DNA of 64,000 nucleotides from Octopus sinensis (Eukaryota): assembly GCF_006345805.1 (NCBI RefSeq), contig NC_043005.1:69378001-69442000 (forward strand). Reading direction: 5' to 3'. The notes below the pieces were generated by a model. It worked only from the letters and a program-made list of their open reading frames with translations. It was not told the origin of the DNA and did no database searches. The position numbers were made by a program, and so were the translations under genes. This document shows, in pieces, positions 54,561 to 64,000 of this stretch. The stretch's first letter is position 1, and each line of letters opens with the position of its first letter.

Positions 54561-55554
54561 CTTTCATCCACATCCATAAATGCATAAACTCACATTCATA
54601 AACAGAAAAACACACAAGGACATAAACATATAGACGTCTATATAAAATTGAATATGCGGACTCAGAGAGACGGAAATCGCGAGAGAGAGGATGAGAAACA
54701 GAGAGAGAGAGGGGGGGATAAAGGGATAAGGGGAGAAAACGAGAGAAAGAGAAGAAAAGTGACATAGACATAAATACGAAAACATGTGTATTGATATACA
54801 AAGGTATAATGACCTGTAGCAGAGCAGATGAAAATGCATATTTTCTCCCAGACAAAAACAAATCACTCTTTTTTCACACTCTCACGATGACCTGCTGCCT
54901 TCCTGCATCCTTCTCACTCACTTTGAGTGCCACAAACGTCTTTCCTCTCGTACTCTTGCCTCTGTCTTTCTCTCTCTCTCTCTCTTTATATTTTCATGTA
55001 TTATATATATAATATTAATATATATATTTATAGATATATATATAAATATATATATTAATATATATATGCTATGCTTGTGTGTAAATATATACGGATGTCT
55101 ATATATATATGCTCCTTTGTAATTGTGTACGGGTGACTTCATGACTTCATTCTTACTGACACTTTCAGAGTGATTTATGTGTGTACTGTTATTAGTTGTA
55201 GTAGTAGTTTTGTAATAAACTTGGCGATGGCGGTGCTAGTCAGGGAGTTTTGGGAGGTAGTTTTGACGGTAGGCGACCTATTGTTGTAAGTGTATATATT
55301 CACTGCTTTTCATATCTGCTTCTGTAACACATCGTATTTCATTCAACGTAGTCTAGTGTTTGATTAGACCTATTTACAATTAGATATTTTCCAGATCAAT
55401 AACAAACAACAGTTGCTGATCAAAGACCGTAAATTTCTTGAGAAAGGCTTCCAGTCATTATTTATGACTTCATTAGTGTTGTGAGTGCTTTTGTGCTTCC
55501 GCTTTCTAATCAGGGATGTTTGTGTAGGTTTATGATACACAGATATATTGACAA

Positions 55555-55643
55555 GTGAATTATACATACCTACATATATATGTGTGTGTGGGTGTGAGAG
55601 AGAAAGTGTGTGCATACTGTATGTATGTGTGTGTATATATATA

Positions 55644-55695
<52 letters not shown>

Positions 55696-55744
55696 TGTGT
55701 GTGTGAGAGAGAAAGAGTGTGCATACTGTATGTATGTGTGTCTG

Positions 55745-55837
<93 letters not shown>

Positions 55838-55870
55838 CATATATATACAGGCCTATATACATGCATACAT
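55555..55870. repeat. Compound microsatellite containing a slippage duplication with period about 108 bp
   Basis: TGTGAGAGAGAAAG(T/A)GTGTGCATACTGTATGTATGTGTG occurs at about 55592 and 55701. Confidence 0.85.
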
Positions 55871-56373
55871 ACACACACACATATGTTTTCCTACCTCTTT
55901 ATATATACATGTGTGTATGTACTTATATGCTTGTGTAAGTGAGCTTTTGACTGCATTAGTGTGTACGTAACGGTTGACTGAATTGTGTGAAACAACGTCT
56001 TTATACGCACAAACGCGTATCCGTAAGTAAATATGCGTATACATATGCCCATGCAACAAATTCATATCATTGATGTGAGTATATGACTTTCAATAATATC
56101 CTCCAAAATGTACTCACAAAATATTGTCTACACATCTACTCCTTATATGTATGATAATACATACGCGTATGTATGAGTGTGTGTCTCCATGTATATATAT
56201 ATGCGGAAATATAGATATGTTTCATTGAGTATGTGTTTGTGTGTATGTGCGTGTGTGTGTATGAAGTTACGGAATTATGTGTTATGTATATTGGCATGTG
56301 CTGCCTCTTCATTGCATCTCAGAAAATTACTATGGGATATTGAGATAGGTTTCCTAGCTACAATATTAATGAC

Positions 56374-56443
<70 letters not shown>

Positions 56444-56458
56444 CATATATACATATAT

Positions 56459-56538
<80 letters not shown>

Positions 56539-56700
56539 ATTTGAAACTGACTTATTGGAAGTCCACCTGAAGATTGTCGATCAAGACAAGAAACAATTGT
56601 AGTGGCGGTTTTTTGACTATTTATTAAAATTTTATGTATTGATTAAGTCTTTCCTTGTTTGTTTTGCAAAATAGTAGTTTTGTCTCTAATAATATTTTAT
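56539..56700 (+). mobile_element. Hammerhead-bearing element of about 160 bp (family E) inserted in (TA)n
   Basis: Flanked by (TA)n at 56376-56538 and 56701-56765; the 3' end is shared with 24780-24838. Confidence 0.75.
56563..56605 (+). ncRNA. Intact minimal type I hammerhead ribozyme
   Basis: CCAC-CTGAAGA-TTGTC(GATCAA)GACAA-GAAA-CAATTGT-A-GTGG: stem I CCAC/GTGG, canonical CUGANGA, 5-bp stem II, GAAA, palindromic stem III ACAATTGT, GUA triplet; predicted cleavage after 56601. Confidence 0.88.
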
Positions 56701-56707
56701 ATATAAT

Positions 56708-56765
<58 letters not shown>

Positions 56766-58229
56766 TTGATTATGATGGTTTAAGTGCGCAATTCATTCAA
56801 AACCTCCATATATAGAAGGGATAATTTATAAATACTCCCGAATAGTTTTCTTTCTCCATTTTACCTAAATACTCCAAGCATGTTTTCCTTACAGAACATA
56901 ACATTGATAGAGGGATTGTACCTGGGTGGAGTTGAAATTACTTGTTATGTAAAATATTTTCTATCATAGCATACTACGTCAACAGATATTTTAAAATCAT
57001 TAGATGTATACACAATTATAGAAAGGATAATAACAATAAGAGAACATATCTATGCACTACTAATTTATAATGCGTAGGCACAGTAAATAAAATTAACAGT
57101 GTAAAATAAAATCATGATTTTAAACTCAGTGTATTAAATGAGTGTGTAAACAGTATTTCGTCCTAAACATATCTCTTTATATAACTTATACTTGTTTTAT
57201 GTATATCTTAATTAAAATTATCAATTTCCTAGTTTAGAGATTCCTCGTTCATTCTTCTTTGTCTTATTCACAACTCAACAGAGAGTTTTAATAATTCAAC
57301 TTCCCATTTTTATGAATGAGATATGGCGTGCGAATGCGTAACGACGTCGCATGTTTATATGATACTCTCTCTACGCCATTATAAATTCATGATAAACGCT
57401 GGAGCAGAGGTGTTATTCGCTCAGTGATATTTATATTACGATTTGGGAGCATACATTCATCATGGGTCAATTTCAGATGCACATTGGCGTATTTAAGTTC
57501 ATAGACTTGAAATATAGGGGATGCTATTTGTATATTACTTAGGAATGTTTATCTCTAGTGAGTAACATTAATATACGTGAGAATAGGTTTGTTAGTGCGA
57601 CACTAACTTCTTCATATGTTTGATGCTGATTCTGATGTTAGTTTTGTGTGCTGATTAGCCTATTATACTGATGTAAATTTTAAACTTTTACAATATCGAT
57701 GTATTCATTCTGGTAGTTTGTACGCCATAGTGTGAAATTTTCATTGTTATTTGACTCTAACACAATTATTATATATTTCTTTACCTACCTACCTACCTAC
57801 CTGCCTTCCTAACTACCTACCTACATACATACATATATACGTACAAACGTACATGCATACTTACATACATACATACGTCCATACTCACATACATATATAC
57901 ATACATACCTTATCATACATACATACCTTATCTGTTTCTTACTAATTTTACTGATTATGTTCTCAATTACAGAAGTGTAAATTACATTCATTATAGTTTA
58001 GTAAATCAATACTTACTGCGAAATATTTTAAATTAAATCCACCCTTATTTCATTAAGGGTATACGGATATCGATTTACTCTGTCATACAGATTGCAACAT
58101 CAATATTGTCGAGCGGATATTTACTGAATTTGTAAGATCACACAAAAAAGCAGTTATATATGCATGTGTTTTACGTGTATAAAAGTAAATATGCAAATAC
58201 GTATGCATTTTTATATACAAACGTGTGTT

Positions 58230-58292
<63 letters not shown>

Positions 58293-58324
58293 AGTATGTA
58301 TGTATGTATGTATGTATGTATATA

Positions 58325-58395
<71 letters not shown>

Positions 58396-61300
58396 CGGAT
58401 ATATACATGTATGGATATAGTTGAGCTTTTTAATACGTTCATGGCAGAAGAGCTAATCATTTATTGATCTTTGTTGTTCAGTAGGTAGCATTTTTCTATC
58501 ACTTGCATGAATATATGCCGCAAGCACTATGAATTATTTGTTTTGTCTTATATATTTTTCAGTCATGTAAATTGTATATCTCGGGAAATGAGCCTGCTGA
58601 TTGTAGTTTATGCAACTTATCTTCCTCATTAAATAAGTCATCTACTGTGCGGATGAGAACCATTTAGTTAGAAATGTTTGTCAACATTTATTTTTTCTTG
58701 GACAGAGAGTTATAAACTTCTTTTACTTAATAGCAGTTAAAGTTTAAAAGAATTCATAATTCTTGTAGTCAGTTAACCTTCACCTGTAAATGTTGGACAT
58801 CTTGTCAACAACAATTGGCTCTGTGGATGTACGAAGTATACTATGACATTATCTCTATGCTAAGATAAGGGAATATGTGCGTGTAGGGGACCTCATCATT
58901 GTGTTTTGCCATGTTTTATTAATCAGTCTTTAGAGGAAACATTTCCGCTGCTCTCCACTCGAAACCATAAATTTTTAAAAGCTGCACTGGCTTTCAAACC
59001 TTGCCATATAGTCTACATGAAGGACGGCTTTATTGCCGTTAAATATTCATACAGTTTGTACACAAAAAGAAGGCTGGTGCGATTTCTCTCTATATCTCCC
59101 TCGGGTTATGACATATTCAATAAATTGGCCATGTGATGATATCGATGATGATAAATGTTGATGATGATGAACATGACAATGACGACATTTAAAAAAAAAT
59201 ATTTAAAGCTGTAGCAATGTCGATGTTAATGTTTGTTTCTTTGCTACCTTCATTCTTTTCGTTTTCGTTTCTATTCTTTATGTTTGAGGGAGTTACAACC
59301 CAATTTTCATAGTAATCATTGCTTTTTCTATAATATTTTAAAGAACCTCAAATATGACGTAAAGGCATATCCCTTTTAAGTCATAGTACAAGAAACAAAA
59401 TACTATACCGTATCAGACAAGCCGCCCCCCTTTTTTTTTATTTAAAATAGAGGAGATTGCCGCAATACTAACATGTATTTCGTATATCGATAAAATACGC
59501 TCTTTTATATTGCAGGCTCGAAATATCAAGCATTGTTTAACATGATGCAATATGTTCCGAGGATGATAATATAAATACATATTTGAATATGACAAATTGG
59601 AAAAGTTAAGCTTTCCTGATTGGCTGGTGCCTCTTATCCTTAAAATATTTTCCTCTTGAGTTTGACAACGATCGATATTACCATTGCCACTGATTATTAC
59701 GTAGTTATCATTTATCTATACATTCAAATAACGCTTCTTATTTTAGAATTATACATTTGTTTCCAATATTTCTAGGACAGGATGTGTGGTGCCCGTTATT
59801 TTCAGAAATAAATTTTGTTACACAAATAACGCCTTTTAAAAGGCACGAATGACATGACATTTCATCCTATACATTTTATATTACATTGTCTTGCTCAGCC
59901 TAAATAATGATTAGAAAAATCTATATATAAAGACAACAGGGATATGTTGATTTCTTTTGCTTTTTCCGGAATTAAGAGGGTAGACGCAAAGAATATAAAT
60001 TGCATCGTTCTATGTTAAAGCATTTCTTATTCGTGCACATCACCGTCGCATATCGGTGAGCGAAATGAAAACGCAATTATTCCAAAAGATATCTTGTGCA
60101 TTTAATCAAATATCCTATTAAAATCATGCCCACTAAATTACTGTTTGGCTCGAAAAAACACAATCTCTATAGAAAGAGATTACCCTGCAAAGCTTTACTT
60201 AAAAAACAACGTTCATCTGGCGTGTGCAATATAAAAATTAAAAATGTGTGGATAAACAATAGAGTTTTAAATAAAGAGAATTTAGATACATACGTTATTG
60301 CTGGCTGTTGTCTTCCACGATTGAATTATTAATATGGGTTTTGGATACAAATGAATCCCAAGGAAATATACTGTCACATATACCCCTTCGTTCCAGTTAG
60401 AAATCTGTATCTATATAATAAACTTTCTAAAACGATTTTAAATCCGGCATCACACGTTCGGTTAATATGGAAATTTGTGGATGCCTATGGAAGTGTTAAA
60501 ACGTTAACAGATTTTCCATAACTACGAAATAAATAGGGCTAAATAATACATGATACAATCTAAATAATATCTGATAAAATCATTGTTCTTATGAATAACA
60601 TGTGTAGAAAGGAGCAAGGCGCATCTTTCAGGGAATACAATAGAAGACATTACGAAATACATTTTTTAACATTAATACATTTTCCTGTACATTTAGCTTT
60701 GAATGAAATGTATTACTTTTACTCATTCGAAGCAAAAGCAAATATTCTGAAATTTATTTGCAATACATTTCGTAGATAGGCTGTTGTATACAAAACATTT
60801 TCTATACAGCATATAATCTAAAATGCACAAAATAAAATATATACTCGAAGATTTGTGACATATGCAAAATTTTATCACTATATTCAGAAGTGAGTTGTTG
60901 TAAAAGTGCATTTAGAATATTAAAACTACATATATTATGGTATCTAAAAGGCTACTATATCTTTCATGAGAACATTTGTAAACTAGTCTGAAGTTACAGA
61001 TTGGTGTAAACGTAATATCGATTGTTAAGACGGATACTTAATTTATTAGTCTCGCAGTTTGGAAATTATGTTAAACCATGAGCACCAGCCCTTGATTTAT
61101 TTGTGTGAAATATTACTTAAATTATGAATAGAAATTTGCAAATATGATATATTTTAGAAATTATGAAATCGAATAGTATAATATTACGCAAAAATTTAAT
61201 AATCAAACTCTATAGCACAATAATTTGATATAAAAATATTAAGACAATAATAGAATTAAACATTTTAATGAAAATGAAAATAATACTACGTATATATGTA

Positions 61301-61592
61301 TATACGTATAAGTACATACAAATATCTCCACATATACATAAATTCAGCGATAAATACATAGAGACACACGTATGTATGCATATATGCATAATCGTATATT
61401 GGCGTGGAACAATGTCATATAAACAGTAAATGTTATTTTCATATAGGCGAACGGAAAAATTGAAGCATAGGAATTATATCGAGCGATTTGGTTACGTAAC
61501 AATTTCGGATAATATGGCATATTTTGGAAAATAATTACATTTGTATGTATACATTTCAAGTCTCACTCTCTCTCTCTTTATCTCTCTCTTCC

Positions 61593-61645
<53 letters not shown>

Positions 61646-62419
61646 GAGATAGAGACAGAGGCAGACCGATAGCTAGGTAGATAGATCGACAGATAGATAG
61701 ATTTGTAGACAGATTTATTGAACCCAGATTACACATCTGTACTTATATACGCTTAGAAAAACATACCTATCTAGATTTATGTGGTTACAATAATACTTGG
61801 TGCTACGCACTGATCTTTAGTCTCACTTGTAACTACACATTCTTAATATTAGTGAAATTTTGAACCGTTGTTTCTCTTCGTTTATATTCGAATAAGCTTT
61901 CCGCAGCAGGAATAATTTTCATCTATAAGATTAGCGACTTCAGCAAGTAAATAAGTATATCCACTAATTAAAAAAGAATGAATTAAGGATCCGTTTTACC
62001 ATTCAGTAAACGACAGTAATATAGGAATTTTCCATTTTGTGATGGCAGGCAATACTTTTACAAGAAATCTGGGACAGAATCTTTTTCAAGAAATCAATGA
62101 TAGAAGACCTTATATTTGTAGGGTCTGACGCGATTATTACTTTTAAAGTATAGGCCTTGTTATTTATTGATGCACAGAAACATATATGCTTGCACATATA
62201 TCCATTTTTAATTTCTTAATTGTTCACTTATCTATTTCTATTTATATAATCAATGAGGGTGATAAATATATATCAAAGGTGTTTAAATTCGAATAATATT
62301 GTGTGAATGAAAACATCTTCAGAGGTATCAATCTTTTCTAAAATTATATATATAATGCTCGAACAAATTTTTATTTGTACAGTTAAAGAAGATGAAAAAT
62401 TATAAGCACATTATGCAAC

Positions 62420-62770
62420 TGTTAATATTATTATTATTATTATTATTATTGTTGTTGTTGTTGTTGCTGTTGTTTTTGTTGTTATTATTATTGTTTTTCG
62501 TATCATTATACAGTAGTCTTATTTTTATCACGTACTTTTACTGCACCACGAACCGCAGGTCTGTTTGCCTTGGGTATGATAACTCTTATTTTTACTGTAT
62601 TGAAAGTGTTTTACGTAGTACGTGTGCGGTGGCTAGAAGTGCTCTTTTCTGTACGTTATATATACTTGTTAGATCTGTTTCTTTGTTTGCGTGAATATTT
62701 TTTATCATACATAATGCATCTAATCTGATAGGAATTTCTTCAGTATTTAGACTCCACATTTGAGTTACCG
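62420..62770 (-). mobile_element. 5'-truncated R4/Dong-clade LINE 3' end with (TAA)/(CAA)n tail
   Basis: VTQMWSLNTEEIPIRLDALCMIK...TSIYNVQKRALLATAHVLRKTLSIQ*; same family as 14954-15207. Confidence 0.82.
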
Positions 62771-62772
62771 CG

Positions 62773-62858
62773 ATGTCTTGGGGTCGATTCTCTCGACTAA
62801 AGGTGGTGTTCCAGCATGGCCACAGTCAAATGACTGAAATGAGTAAAAGAGAAAAAGA
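62773..62858 (+). mobile_element. SINE family B 3' fragment
   Basis: GTCTTGGGGTCGATTCTCTCGACTAAAGGTGGTGTTCCAGCATGGCCACAGTCAAATGACTGAAA. Confidence 0.8.
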
Positions 62859-62894
62859 CAAAGAGATAGACAGATGAACAGGTTTATAGGGAAG

Positions 62895-62927
62895 TAAATA
62901 AATAGATAAATAGATAGATAGTTAGTC

Positions 62928-62960
<33 letters not shown>

Positions 62961-63041
62961 TATATAGATAGATAGATAGATAGATACATAGATAGATAGA
63001 TACATAGATAGATAGATACATAGATAGATAGATATATATAT

Positions 63042-63120
<79 letters not shown>
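62895..63120. repeat. (GATA)n microsatellite
   Basis: Directly visible. Confidence 0.97.
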
Positions 63121-63705
63121 TGGTTATATACCGACCACTCAATGTTTAGTAGTCGGTATTAATTTCTCTGTAACATGTTTGTAAGAATATTTTATCAATA
63201 AAAAATTGGAATGTTGGTTCTTCTGAACTACTTTTTAATTGTAATCCACAAATATATAACAGAGTAACTAATTAGAACATCGATTATTAAATGAAACTCT
63301 TGATCAATTGTTTCGTCCACAAGTTATCCAGCATAATATTGGCGCCGTTTATCGCTTCGATAATGACGTGCCCAGCTCTTTCCATACCACTTTACCCAGT
63401 TTGGTTCGAATCTGTAGAAATATGTGACGCGTTAGATGACTTTGGTTATGACAGCAAATGATTTATGATACATCAGCCGATAGACGGCGTTATCGTTAAT
63501 ACTATTAATCAAGTAGTTGACCAGTTAATTGGTTAATTAATTACTCAGTTCACAAATAATACTACAAAAAAGAACAGACATAAAATATATGCACACGCAT
63601 GTCATTATATAAGAAAATATAGAAATGAAATTAAAATAGTTACTTAATTGGTTAATACTTCAACGTTGCAATGTGGAAGTGAGAAGATAGTAAGAAACAT
63701 TCGAG

Positions 63706-63950
63706 TGTATGTATGTATGTATGTATGTATGTATGTATGTATGTATGTATGCATGTATGTATGTATGTATGTATGTATGTATGTATGTATGTATGTATGA
63801 ATGTATGTATGTATGTATGAATGTATGTATGAATGTATGTATGTATGTATGTATGTACGAATGTATCTATGAATGTATGTATGTATGTATGTATGTATGT
63901 ATGCATGTATGAATGTATGAATGTATGTATGTATGAATGTATGTATGTAT
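63706..63950. repeat. (TATG)n microsatellite with TGAA interruptions
   Basis: Directly visible. Confidence 0.97.
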
Positions 63951-64000
63951 CAAACTATCTAGCTATCTCTCTCTCTTACTATCTATCTATCAATCTATCT

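Noticed and set aside
58906-59136. 76-aa ORF with protein-like composition
   Set aside because: Non-ATG start, no recognisable domain and no convincing splice context.

Overview
AT-rich, repeat-dense, apparently non-coding eukaryotic DNA. The tRNA-derived SINE families and the roughly 30 long (TA)n/(CA)n/(GATA)n/(TAA)n tracts point to an Octopus genome (inference). I found no intact host protein-coding gene. The supplied ORFs are microsatellite translations, chance ORFs or decayed transposon proteins: mariner, maT-like, R4/Dong-clade RLE LINEs, RTE, CR1-like RT and a Penelope GIY-YIG endonuclease. Three things stand out. (1) At least four unrelated families of short elements, mostly sitting in (TA)n tracts, carry minimal type I hammerhead ribozyme motifs. 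One at 56563-56605 has a fully intact core, one at 16656-16699 is a single substitution from canonical, and a three-copy family shows a compensatory base-pair change in stem I. A Penelope GIY-YIG fragment ending in one of these motifs is present in the same window. (2) At 18973-23294 a 5'-truncated R4-like LINE lies between two local inverted duplications, one of them circularly permuted. (3) Two clean nested insertions split SINEs: a solo LTR with a 4-bp TSD and a complete non-autonomous Helitron. All identities are by-eye estimates and all family names come from motif recognition, not database searches.
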